Sequence record: PP129558
Reading direction: 5' to 3' (one strand)
Length of the DNA stretch: 64,000 nucleotides
DNA from: Escherichia phage vB_EcoM_01
Within the stretch, counting starts at the first letter, position 1. Every line of letters begins with the position of its first letter. Both the position numbers and the translations under genes were made by a program. Shown here piece by piece: positions 9,406 to 17,823 of this stretch. The notes beneath the pieces are model-generated. The model worked only from the letters and a program-made list of their open reading frames with translations. It made no database searches and was not told the DNA's origin.

Positions 9406-9705
9406 ATGCAAGTTGAAGACCTGATCCACATTCTGAATAAAGCTAAAGAGAAGGGTGCTATCAAAGACTGGAAACGTGAAACAAGTGAAGATTTATCTCA
9501 TTGTTGCCGAGAGTTTTACATCGAAGGTATTGCTAACGATCATTATACTATCGAATGGTATATCAACTTAATGACCCTTAAGCACGGTTCGTTTGAGGTT
9601 TGGTTTGATGACATTGATGTAAATGGTTTTCATCCTGGCTATAAAATCGCTATGCAGTTATCTTATCGTAGAGAAGTTGTAGCACATTTGGGTTTACATA
9701 ACTAA
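9406..9705 (+). CDS. Hypothetical protein
   Basis: ATG at 9406 after AAAGGAGAG; table ORF 9358 trimmed. Confidence 0.4.
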   Translation: MQVEDLIHILNKAKEKGAIKDWKRETSEDLSHCCREFYIEGIANDHYTIEWYINLMTLKHGSFEVWFDDIDVNGFHPGYKIAMQLSYRREVVAHLGLHN

Positions 9706-9715
9706 GGAGAAAAGA

Positions 9716-10039
9716 ATGCAAGCAGTTGTTAACGAAGCTATTATGAACTTATCCTTCTTGTTGGCTGGTTTAGGAGGTGTTCTCATAGGTTTGGCTCTTA
9801 TCTGGTGTATTCGTCGATTAATCGGGTACCGACAAAAAGGTGTTTCATGTTTTGTATCTTACAATTTTACAACTGCTTACAGCAATGAGGTTGGATCTGG
9901 CAATGCTCAAGCATTTTTACCAACATATCCTCCTACGGTGGAAGATATTCGAAACTTGGAAGTAGAACTTATGGGACTAAGTGATAACTATACATCTCTA
10001 GTTATTCAAAATATTTTTCGACTAAAACAGGAGGCGTGA
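9716..10039 (+). CDS. Hypothetical membrane protein
   Basis: Hydrophobic segment LSFLLAGLGGVLIGLALIWCI; AAGGAG RBS. Confidence 0.4.
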   Translation: MQAVVNEAIMNLSFLLAGLGGVLIGLALIWCIRRLIGYRQKGVSCFVSYNFTTAYSNEVGSGNAQAFLPTYPPTVEDIRNLEVELMGLSDNYTSLVIQNIFRLKQEA

Positions 10040-10252
10040 ATGAAGGTACATTACCCTCATCCCTTTGATCCTAAAAACAAAGCCGTAATTCTTCGTCAGT
10101 GGCAACGGGTTTGTCGTACTAAATGTCCAATCAATAGCCCACACAATGTAGACAAGGACTATCTTGGGACATTTGTTGAATACACTTACATAGACAAAAA
10201 CAAGCGTAAACAACATGTCGAGGAATACTGCTTAAGAGTAGAATGGCTGTAA
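10040..10252 (+). CDS. Hypothetical protein
   Basis: ORF with AGGAGG RBS. Confidence 0.4.
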   Translation: MKVHYPHPFDPKNKAVILRQWQRVCRTKCPINSPHNVDKDYLGTFVEYTYIDKNKRKQHVEEYCLRVEWL

Positions 10253-10264
10253 ATAATAAATACC

Positions 10265-10293
10265 TTGACAAGTGTTTATTCGTTTTGTAAAGT
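10265..10293 (+). promoter_or_regulatory. Sigma70-like promoter (TTGACA-N17-TAAAGT)
   Basis: Motif upstream of recombinase gene. Confidence 0.45.
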
Positions 10294-10322
10294 GAGAATA
10301 CAGCAATGGTTTAGGAGTGGTT

Positions 10323-10994
10323 ATGAAAAAGTTTGTTGTTTACAGTCGTCTTTCTAAACAGAAAAAAGGTGAGGCACAATATGGTATGGAGAGCCAAGAG
10401 AATGATATCCGTTACTTCTTAGACTCTGTGCCTGATGCGGAAGTTATTGGTCAATTTTCTGAATACTATTCGGGTAAGGGCGATTGGAAGCAACGTAAGG
10501 AACTGGTTAAAGCGGTTGAAATGTGTAAAGCTACCGGAGCAACTTTATTGGTAGCTAAAGTTGACCGCTTGGGTCGTAACAACGCCTCCGTAGCAACTCT
10601 TCTAGAAATGATTGATGTTAAGATAGCCATCATGCCAGACGCAGATAAAATGGTTATACAGCTTCTGTCTGTTCTGGCTGAACAAGAAGTTAGAGGTATT
10701 GCTGATCGTATTAAAAAGGGGCTTGCTGTAGCAAAAAGCAAAGGTGTTTTATTAGGCAGTGCTAATCCTAAAACTGCCGCTGCACGTAGAAAAGGAAAAA
10801 TGGAATACAACTCTGTTAAAGCAGACGCTTTTGCAGAGACATTCCGTGAACGCTTGGAGATCCTTAGAGATTTAAATACACCTTACAAAACTATTGCTGA
10901 AAAATTCAATAGTAAGAAAATAGCAACAGCACGTGGTGGTAAATGGGATGCTAAAACTGTTTCTCGTTTGTGTGCCAGACTGAACATTAAATAG
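10323..10994 (+). CDS. Small serine recombinase (resolvase/invertase family) with C-terminal DNA-binding region
   Basis: N-terminal YSRLSKQ (candidate catalytic Ser) and VDRLGRN motifs typical of resolvase catalytic domain. Confidence 0.6.
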   Translation: MKKFVVYSRLSKQKKGEAQYGMESQENDIRYFLDSVPDAEVIGQFSEYYSGKGDWKQRKELVKAVEMCKATGATLLVAKVDRLGRNNASVATLLEMIDVKIAIMPDADKMVIQLLSVLAEQEVRGIADRIKKGLAVAKSKGVLLGSANPKTAAARRKGKMEYNSVKADAFAETFRERLEILRDLNTPYKTIAEKFNSKKIATARGGKWDAKTVSRLCARLNIK

Positions 10995-11002
10995 GAGAGG
11001 AT

Positions 11003-11413
11003 ATGAAACAAGAAAATGAATCTATAGATCACTTAATCATGCTGTCAGCCCTTTTTGCCGGATGGGACGTATTTTTTGAAAATTTGTTCAATTCTGCTAC
11101 AGATGGTTCCGATTTTATGCGCCAGTTTAAACGACGAACTGTTGAGGACTATGCTTTCTATTCAGGTCGGATTGAAAAAGGTTACGAAGATACAAATACA
11201 ACACTCACCATTAAAGTTTTAGATGTGATGTTTAGTGTTATAGATGCTATCGACGAAAGTCTTCCGATCCTAGATAATTGTAATACGAAAGCCTATGTTT
11301 ACAAAATAGCTCGTGCTTATGTGTCTGCAAACAGTTGTCTTCTTTCCACCCAAATTGCGGTGAACAATCTTGCCAACTTGTTCGATGAAGGAGAAACTTT
11401 TTATGACAATTGA
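11003..11413 (+). CDS. Hypothetical protein
   Basis: ORF with AGGAGAGG RBS. Confidence 0.4.
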   Translation: MKQENESIDHLIMLSALFAGWDVFFENLFNSATDGSDFMRQFKRRTVEDYAFYSGRIEKGYEDTNTTLTIKVLDVMFSVIDAIDESLPILDNCNTKAYVYKIARAYVSANSCLLSTQIAVNNLANLFDEGETFYDN

Positions 11414-11768
11414 TTTGAAGTGTAAGAGGATTCTTTTAGATTTCTATAATAATTGGTTAGAACACCTCCGTCTCTTTCCACGAGAAAGTGGTTACGCTGA
11501 TGTTGGCTTATGCCGAGGTCTACGTATGTATATAAGTGATGAATTTCGAGCCGATCATTCTTTAGCATATTCTGTTTATGGTATGCAATTAGCCAGTTTT
11601 GAAAATGCTGGTTTAGATACAACTTTCCCGTTTAACACAGCAAAATCTTTTGAGCAAGAGTGTAAGGAAAAACGTTGCATGTTTAATGAAAAACGTGTAC
11701 AGTGGGTTAAGGAGCGAGTTAAACAACTGGAACAAGAGTTAGATTTCTTCTATGATGAGGCAGAATAA
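11403..11768 (+). CDS. Hypothetical protein; paralog family member (GLCRGL ... GLDTTFPF ... RVQWVKER)
   Basis: ORF; family motifs. Confidence 0.5.
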   Translation: MTIDLKCKRILLDFYNNWLEHLRLFPRESGYADVGLCRGLRMYISDEFRADHSLAYSVYGMQLASFENAGLDTTFPFNTAKSFEQECKEKRCMFNEKRVQWVKERVKQLEQELDFFYDEAE

Positions 11769-12040
11769 TGGATAGACAAACCTTAAAAACAATGGCAGAT
11801 GCCACTAATTCCCCGTACTTTGAAAAAGTAAGTAAATTGGTAGCTCAAGCCGCAGAGGAAGGATATTATAACATAAACATCCACAACCCAAGTCTTATAC
11901 TAGAAATGCCAAGTGATAAGAAGATACAAGAGAGTATCTGTGAAGGTATTGTTAGTTATTGGCGCGAGCGTGGGTGTGGTGCAAACATGGCTTTAGACAG
12001 TGCAAACATTGTAAGATATATAAATATTTCTTGGGGGTGA
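11768..12040 (+). CDS. Hypothetical protein
   Basis: ORF. Confidence 0.4.
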   Translation: MDRQTLKTMADATNSPYFEKVSKLVAQAAEEGYYNINIHNPSLILEMPSDKKIQESICEGIVSYWRERGCGANMALDSANIVRYINISWG

Positions 12041-12044
12041 TTTT

Positions 12045-12656
12045 ATGATTCAATGCACTCATATCCAAATTACTTGGAGAGATGAACTTTACCATTTAGG
12101 ACAATTTACTGTAGGGGAAACATACCCTGTCATTAAACATAATCCTAACATCGCAAACTTTGACAGGATGGTTCTTGTTGAGGACGATTTAGGTCAAACT
12201 TATTCTTTAGATCTAAAATATCCGTTTTCTTACGGCTACGATTGGATCGTTACTTTTGAAGACGTGGAGGAAAATAAAGCAATGAACGAAAAAAATTCTT
12301 GGTATTATCGTTGTGAACTGCCGCCAGTAGGCGAAAAGGTTATCTTTGTTCCTGATTTGGAAAGATATTCTTGGGACAGTTCTTATTCTGTTCCTAAAGA
12401 AGGCACCGAAGTTGAAGTTATTGCACATCGCACAACTTCGCATGGTAACGATGTAGCAGTTGTTTTCTGGGATGATGAAGGCGCTGCTTGTGCAGGTGGC
12501 TTTGTTGCAGGTAATTTTGAACCCCTGCCAGATCCTTTGAAGGAGGCAATTTTAGGCGTAGCTTCTTTTGGACTCTCTTACACATCTGCACAAGAGATCG
12601 TAGAAGGTATTTTAAACGGTACCGTTCCAAACGAAATTTTTAAACAGATTAAATAA
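12045..12656 (+). CDS. Hypothetical protein
   Basis: ORF with GGGGGTG RBS. Confidence 0.45.
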   Translation: MIQCTHIQITWRDELYHLGQFTVGETYPVIKHNPNIANFDRMVLVEDDLGQTYSLDLKYPFSYGYDWIVTFEDVEENKAMNEKNSWYYRCELPPVGEKVIFVPDLERYSWDSSYSVPKEGTEVEVIAHRTTSHGNDVAVVFWDDEGAACAGGFVAGNFEPLPDPLKEAILGVASFGLSYTSAQEIVEGILNGTVPNEIFKQIK

Positions 12657-12661
12657 TAATT

Positions 12662-12690
12662 GCACCCCGTTCTGCGGGGTGTTATTGTAT
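12662..12690 (+). terminator. Rho-independent terminator-like hairpin (CACCCCG-TTCT-GCGGGGTG + T-rich)
   Basis: GC stem then TTATTGTAT directly after stop of gene 12045. Confidence 0.5.
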
Positions 12691-12707
12691 ACGTAAAGGA
12701 GGCGCTA

Positions 12708-13046
12708 ATGTATTACACTGAAGACTACATATTGTATAACTTTTTTAAAGGCTGGTTGGAATGGGCGGAAAAAGCTCCTGTTGGAGATTGTGTTTTTCCT
12801 TGGGACTCTCGTCAAGGTTTGTGTCGTTGTTTGGAAGACTGGCTTATAACCACAAGCTACAATTCAGAGACTAAGAAATCTACATCAAAGAGACTAAAAA
12901 TGTTATTTGAAGAAGATGGTTTAGATCCGATTTATCCTTTCGGTGCTGAAAGCTTCCACAATGGTCTTTTTCTTGGCACTCAACATTATGACAAAGATCG
13001 CGTAGATTGGGTAAAAGAAAAGGTAGCACAGTATGAATGGGGCTAA
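12708..13046 (+). CDS. Hypothetical protein; paralog family member (GLCRCL ... GLDPIYPF ... RVDWVKEK)
   Basis: ATG at 12708 after AAAGGAGG; family motifs. Confidence 0.5.
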   Translation: MYYTEDYILYNFFKGWLEWAEKAPVGDCVFPWDSRQGLCRCLEDWLITTSYNSETKKSTSKRLKMLFEEDGLDPIYPFGAESFHNGLFLGTQHYDKDRVDWVKEKVAQYEWG

Positions 13047-13236
13047 GACTTATCATCGTTGGTTAGAAAGTTATATTAAGAAATGTGAACTTGGTGTTCC
13101 AGGCTATACTTACGACACGGACGAGATTCTTGATGAAATGGAAGTTTGGTTTAAAGAGCCTCGTGAACTATTGGAAAACATTCTAATGGCTTGGGATGGT
13201 ACGGCACAAAGCATTGAAGGAGGTAGAAATGAGTAA
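13033..13236 (+). CDS. Hypothetical protein
   Basis: ORF, weak RBS. Confidence 0.35.
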   Translation: MNGAKTYHRWLESYIKKCELGVPGYTYDTDEILDEMEVWFKEPRELLENILMAWDGTAQSIEGGRNE

Positions 13237-13365
13237 GAAATTGTTTAATATTCGTGAGAACCGTGATGGATCGTTCTCTGTAGTCAATGAGTTTAACGTT
13301 TCGGTTGGGACTTTTATTACTAAACGTCAAGCAGAACAAGTAAGAGATACTTTAAACAAGTAAAT
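13229..13365 (+). CDS. Hypothetical small protein (44 aa)
   Basis: ATG after GAAGGAGG RBS. Confidence 0.3.
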
Positions 13366-13380
13366 TTTTAAGGGGGACTT

Positions 13381-13800
13381 ATGTTAGGTAAGATCAAAGC
13401 TTTTTTCAAACGTATTGTTGAAGGAAGTCCAACAGAAGGTGCATTAGGAAGATCTCTAACAGGAGAACCACTTGCCATAATTTCTATCAGTCGGCATGGT
13501 GGATATTCCATTCGACAAACACCTTTAGGTATAGAAGGTAGTATGCTTTCTTGGACAATATCTCAAGTTGGTGATAACAGACTTGCAGCTATAGCGTTAC
13601 TTCGTGGGGAGTATGACCACTGTTTATCAGCATCTTGTAAGAAGCACCTCATAGAGCACATTAGAGACAGAGTAGAAAGAGAAGGCGGATACTTCTTCGA
13701 AACTAAGAGAAACGAACAAGGAACTCTTGACTTCACTAAGGTTTACTGGGACAATCATACTCGTCAAACTGTTGAACAACTTCTGGAGGAAAGATGTTAA
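13381..13800 (+). CDS. Hypothetical protein
   Basis: ORF with AGGGGGA RBS. Confidence 0.45.
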   Translation: MLGKIKAFFKRIVEGSPTEGALGRSLTGEPLAIISISRHGGYSIRQTPLGIEGSMLSWTISQVGDNRLAAIALLRGEYDHCLSASCKKHLIEHIRDRVEREGGYFFETKRNEQGTLDFTKVYWDNHTRQTVEQLLEERC

Positions 13801-14003
13801 AAGCTTTTGCTGTATACTCTACTGTAGGATTCTTTTATTGGATTATAGTTGTTGTTGGATGTTGGTTGGGTTCTTCTGTTGTGATGGGAGAATGGTTAAC
13901 ATACAATGTATTTGAATGGGATGTAGTTTGTAGATCATTGCTTGTTATATGGACTGCTATTGTTTGTTGGATAACTGTTAGTCTAACATTAGATCTATAT
14001 TGA
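13794..14003 (+). CDS. Hypothetical small membrane protein
   Basis: Two hydrophobic segments. Confidence 0.35.
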   Translation: MLKAFAVYSTVGFFYWIIVVVGCWLGSSVVMGEWLTYNVFEWDVVCRSLLVIWTAIVCWITVSLTLDLY

Positions 14004-14363
14004 TTAATAGATGGTAGATAGATGATCATAGTTTATCTACCTTCACTTACGTTTCATACCTCACTATCGTGAGTAACATGAAACATTATTATATAGAAAT
14101 CTACTACTCGCTATCGCTCGTAAACATATGTTTAGGGTACCATATTTTTTTGAAAAAGTCAATGCTGACTCACCTATCAATTATCTGTTTAAGATAAGTC
14201 TTACCTATCAATCTAACTCTTAACTAGTATTGCACCTATAGTAAGACTATTCCTATAGTTATTAACCATCTTCTTCTGTAGAATGTAATTAGATCCTTGA
14301 CAAACTCACAAAGCTTGTGTTACATTGTGTCTCACAGGTGAATAATACCGAACAGGAGGAAGA
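14004..14363 (+). promoter_or_regulatory. 360-bp non-coding region with repeated CCTATCAAT / CCTATAGT motifs and a TTGACA-N17-TTACAT promoter (14297-14325)
   Basis: No ORF with RBS; direct repeats; promoter-like motif before gene 14364. Confidence 0.4.
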
Positions 14364-14579
14364 ATGAGTTCCAATTTTCTATACAAAGCAAAAGATTCAC
14401 GAGATGGAGAGAACCATTGGTGGTTGATCACAGTAGATGGTGTTATCATCCTACCGTGGGACGGAGAGACGAAAGTTCAAATACTAGAGAAAGTAAAAGG
14501 TGTTAGTTTTAATGTTAGTCATGACATAACAACTTTCAAAGCTTTTGCTATGAATCCTAGTCTTGTTGCTGAATGGTAA
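14364..14579 (+). CDS. Hypothetical protein
   Basis: ORF with AGGAGG RBS. Confidence 0.45.
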   Translation: MSSNFLYKAKDSRDGENHWWLITVDGVIILPWDGETKVQILEKVKGVSFNVSHDITTFKAFAMNPSLVAEW

Positions 14580-14592
14580 TCCAGGAGAAGAT

Positions 14593-14811
14593 ATGACTAA
14601 AATGTATGCAGCCGTTGATAAGCTGGATGGGTCTGATTCTGTTTTTATTTTGAATAAAATGGGTGTCTTAGTTTATGCCCGAACTTCTCAAAACATAGAG
14701 CACCAAGTGGAAGCAGCACAAATTTTAGAGCAAATAACCCCTCCATACCTATACTCAAATGTTGAGCGTTTTAACGATGCACTTGGTTTGACGTTAATAG
14801 CGGAATGGTAA
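14593..14811 (+). CDS. Hypothetical protein
   Basis: ATG after AGGAGAAG RBS. Confidence 0.4.
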   Translation: MTKMYAAVDKLDGSDSVFILNKMGVLVYARTSQNIEHQVEAAQILEQITPPYLYSNVERFNDALGLTLIAEW

Positions 14812-15011
14812 TAATGGCGAAAATGTTGAAAATTGATAATGTCGTAACAATCACTACGTCCATACCTTGTCCTCCTATGTCTTGCCCCTATTGTGGTGGT
14901 GCAGGATATGTTATGGCGGATGTAGGTCAAATTTACGAGTGTAACCCGTGCAAAACCACAGGTTATATCCAAATAGAATCAGAGGAGAAACACTATGAGC
15001 CAAAACGCTAA
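14805..15011 (+). CDS. Small protein with DnaJ-type zinc-finger repeats (CxxCxGxG x2)
   Basis: CPYCGGAGY and CNPCKTTGY motifs. Confidence 0.4.
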   Translation: MVIMAKMLKIDNVVTITTSIPCPPMSCPYCGGAGYVMADVGQIYECNPCKTTGYIQIESEEKHYEPKR

Positions 15012-15444
15012 AGAAAAAGAAGTAATCACGGTAATCCGTCAGATGGAAGGTGCCGAAAACAATGCTTTTGTTACTAAGATTCTTCTTAATATCTTTGAAG
15101 ATGTTATTTTAAACAATCCTGGTCATAAAGATTATCAGTATGATGTTATGATGGGTGCTTTGCTTGAGATTAACAAAAACACTTTTGCTGAATATGAGCA
15201 ACACATGCTTTTACCAGAGGAAGATCAGGATTATTTGTTATCTGGTGCTTTAAGTGCACAAGAAAATTTCTACCACGTTCTTAATATGGCTTATGCAGAT
15301 GAACTTGCTGTCTCCCTTGAAGAGCGGATTCAAATGGTTCGTGACGTAATGAATGAACAAATCCAAGAAGTTGAAGATCTGGTAGCAGAGCCTTTAGCAG
15401 AAATTCGTGCAGCTATTGAAAAACAAAAAGGAACTCAATCATGA
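14995..15444 (+). CDS. Hypothetical protein
   Basis: ORF with GAGGAG RBS. Confidence 0.45.
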   Translation: MSQNAKEKEVITVIRQMEGAENNAFVTKILLNIFEDVILNNPGHKDYQYDVMMGALLEINKNTFAEYEQHMLLPEEDQDYLLSGALSAQENFYHVLNMAYADELAVSLEERIQMVRDVMNEQIQEVEDLVAEPLAEIRAAIEKQKGTQS

Positions 15445-15606
15445 TGCAAGTAGGTGATGTGGTTTGTCTTAAAGGTGCAAACAAACAAATGACAGTAATA
15501 GAAAGTTATGGTGAATCTTGTAAAGTAACTTGGTTTGATGAAAACGGGGAGTTGCAACACGCTATATTCGATCAAAAAGCTTTGAGGAAGGTTGAAGAAA
15601 AAGAAT
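15441..15606 (+). CDS. Hypothetical small protein (55 aa)
   Basis: ATG after AAAGGA; fills gap between genes. Confidence 0.35.
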
Positions 15607-15868
15607 GAGCCATCCGTCAATATTTTTCTGTTTTGTAGATCTTGAAAACGAGTCTTTAATCGTTGATAGTGAGGGTTACTTCACTTATTGGGAATCCGAG
15701 CACGAAACTATAAGTGTAGTGAAAGAAATTATGCAAACCAATCCAAACCTACCAGCGCATAAGTACGGTATTGCAAAAGTGTTTGTTACTAAAACAGAGT
15801 ACACAAAAGAGCGAAGCACTTTGTACCATAATATTGAAGTGATTCACTATTTCAAAGATGTTATTTAG
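15605..15868 (+). CDS. Hypothetical protein
   Basis: ORF. Confidence 0.4.
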   Translation: MSHPSIFFCFVDLENESLIVDSEGYFTYWESEHETISVVKEIMQTNPNLPAHKYGIAKVFVTKTEYTKERSTLYHNIEVIHYFKDVI

Positions 15869-15876
15869 GAGGTTAT

Positions 15877-16485
15877 ATGGAAGAGAAGATTTGGGATGGT
15901 AAAGATCCTTTAGAAGTTGGACACGTAGCGCGTGTCAAAAAATCTACTACAGGTCCTGGTTTTTCTGGTTTGTATCATATACCAGAAGAAGGTCAGCACG
16001 TTACAATTTTGGCTCGTGACAAACAAAACGGAGCAACGCCTGTGTGGATTGTTCGTTGGTATGACAAAGATCTTAACATTTGCTTGTCACCTATTATGGC
16101 TCATTTGCTGGAAGCCCCTTGCTCTGAAGAAGCTCTAATTTTTGTTTCGGCTTTTCAGAAAGCCACAGGTTTAACATTAGATGCAAAAGATGTGCAAAAA
16201 GCATTTGACATTATTCAGGAAGACAACGATACTACATCTAACGACGAACTGGTTGAAGTTACAATCTTATCTTCAGCAGATATCCGAGAGATTGATAATT
16301 GTGATTTTCCAATCACATTTAAAATGTCGCAGAAAGACATGCAGTCATCTGGAAGTTGTTTTGGTATACCTCGTTGGTTTTTTGATTCTATCAAAAATTC
16401 TACTACAGAGGGATCAGACTATGATCAAGATGACATGCTTTGGTTCTTAAAAAACCGAGAGATTGTTCTCTCACCACTTAAATAA
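15877..16485 (+). CDS. Hypothetical protein
   Basis: ORF with AGGAGG RBS. Confidence 0.45.
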   Translation: MEEKIWDGKDPLEVGHVARVKKSTTGPGFSGLYHIPEEGQHVTILARDKQNGATPVWIVRWYDKDLNICLSPIMAHLLEAPCSEEALIFVSAFQKATGLTLDAKDVQKAFDIIQEDNDTTSNDELVEVTILSSADIREIDNCDFPITFKMSQKDMQSSGSCFGIPRWFFDSIKNSTTEGSDYDQDDMLWFLKNREIVLSPLK

Positions 16486-16495
16486 GGAGAAATAA

Positions 16496-16597
16496 TGGTT
16501 TCATTTATCGTAGGTGTAGTTGTAGGCTATCTTATTAACAAATATCAAGACGTTATCACGGCAAAAGTAAAAGACATTTTAGACTCATCTAAATAAT
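16496..16597 (+). CDS. Hypothetical tiny membrane peptide (33 aa)
   Basis: AAGGAG RBS; hydrophobic. Confidence 0.3.
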
Positions 16598-16648
16598 CTA
16601 TCAAAGCTGCATCTTCAATAGGTGCAGCCTTTTAAAAGGAGATATGGC

Positions 16649-16822
16649 ATGACTAAACGCACTGATTTTAAATGTATGCATTGTGGGAAATCTTTTGGGG
16701 ATCATCAAGCTCGCACATTCAACTGTCCACGTAAAGGTCGCGGAAATTTTAAAGGTTTTAATCCCGCACATGTTTATTCTCCAGATTACGATAAGCCAGA
16801 AGAAGAAAAATTTGTTATTTAA
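16649..16822 (+). CDS. Hypothetical small zinc-finger-like protein
   Basis: CMHCG ... CPRKG; ATG after AAAGGAG. Confidence 0.4.
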   Translation: MTKRTDFKCMHCGKSFGDHQARTFNCPRKGRGNFKGFNPAHVYSPDYDKPEEEKFVI

Positions 16823-16834
16823 TAAGGAGGTCAT

Positions 16835-17116
16835 ATGGAACTCGTTCAAGAATTGTATAATGCTTTAGGAGCAAAAGGAAAAGATTGGCCCGAACATGCG
16901 CTTATTGCTATAAGAGACTCCGATGGTGAGATTAAGTTTTCAAGTGTAAGTAAAGAGCACATCGTAGAAACAAAACTGGGTATTTACATGCGTGGAACTT
17001 ATTGCTTATTCAACACCAGAATGGTAGAAGCTCCTGTTATTGAAGATGGAACAAAAGATTGCCCCACAATCGTAACAAAAGCTGAATATGAGAAGTTTTT
17101 CTACGCTAAGGCTTGA
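16835..17116 (+). CDS. Hypothetical protein
   Basis: ORF with AAGGAGG RBS. Confidence 0.45.
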   Translation: MELVQELYNALGAKGKDWPEHALIAIRDSDGEIKFSSVSKEHIVETKLGIYMRGTYCLFNTRMVEAPVIEDGTKDCPTIVTKAEYEKFFYAKA

Positions 17117-17160
17117 CACAGAAACAATACTATAGGATAGTGATCCTATCGTAGCAATAG

Positions 17161-17183
17161 AACCCGCTTCGGCGGGTTTTTTC
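17161..17183 (+). terminator. Rho-independent terminator (CCCGC-TTCG-GCGGG + T6)
   Basis: GC stem, UUCG loop, T run. Confidence 0.65.
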
Positions 17184-17207
17184 ATATCTGTAGCAATAGG
17201 AGGTCGT

Positions 17208-17438
17208 GTGTTAAATAAAATCGAAGAAGGTTGTATGGCATTTTTGGTAGATAACCCGTTTCCCTTTATGGTTAAGGTCCATGTAGGAGAGTATTTAGGT
17301 TATGACGAATGGGATTGTAGTATCAATAGTGAAATGCACCACTACCAACCAACAATACTTAAGACGGATCAAATGGCGCGTATTACAGTAGAGGATGAAT
17401 TGATCATTGAGTTATACGAGAGAGCACTACACAAGTAA
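17208..17438 (+). CDS. Hypothetical protein
   Basis: ORF after AGGAGG. Confidence 0.4.
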   Translation: MLNKIEEGCMAFLVDNPFPFMVKVHVGEYLGYDEWDCSINSEMHHYQPTILKTDQMARITVEDELIIELYERALHK

Positions 17439-17480
17439 GCTAGAACCCACCTAAATCGAACAGAGACGCTCTAAAATAGA

Positions 17481-17509
17481 AAAGGCACCCACTTGGGTGC
17501 CTTTGTTTT
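17481..17509. terminator. Terminator-like hairpin at strand switch (GGCACCC-ACTT-GGGTGCC + T-rich)
   Basis: Between convergent genes. Confidence 0.5.
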
Positions 17510-17780
17510 ATTCTTCGTTAGATTGCGTTTCAGAGGCGTTAAATTCGGTTTCAGTACAGCTTGCTAGGTAACTTATGTTTTGCATCACTACAACTACAGG
17601 TGTTTGAAGTTTATCTTCTAGCCCAGCAGCCACTTGAGCCAAGGCGTTATCAATATTTGATTTCCTAACGCCTGTTCCATGCCCTGTTGCCAAGTAAAGA
17701 TTACCTTCCCCTTTTTGTGTAGCATTGGCAAAGTAGTAAACGTAATGTGCAAGGTAGTAATCACGGATTTCTTCAGTCAT
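17508..17780 (-). CDS. Hypothetical protein
   Basis: ORF with AGGAGA RBS. Confidence 0.4.
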   Translation of the reverse strand: MTEEIRDYYLAHYVYYFANATQKGEGNLYLATGHGTGVRKSNIDNALAQVAAGLEDKLQTPVVVVMQNISYLASCTETEFNASETQSNEE

Positions 17781-17798
17781 TTTATTCTCCTAATAAGA

Positions 17799-17816
17799 AA
17801 GGGGCCGAAGCCCCTT
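17799..17816 (-). promoter_or_regulatory. Intercistronic GGGGCTTCGGCCCC hairpin (UUCG tetraloop), copy 1 of 3
   Basis: Identical 14-nt hairpin also at 29844-29857 and 36012-36025. Confidence 0.5.
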
Positions 17817-17823
17817 GAGTGGT

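Noticed and set aside
10323-10994. Serine recombinase as evidence of a temperate lifestyle or prophage boundary
   Set aside because: It is a small resolvase/invertase type, not a large serine or tyrosine integrase; no attachment site, repressor or host flanking genes are visible, and the surrounding content is typical of virulent phages.
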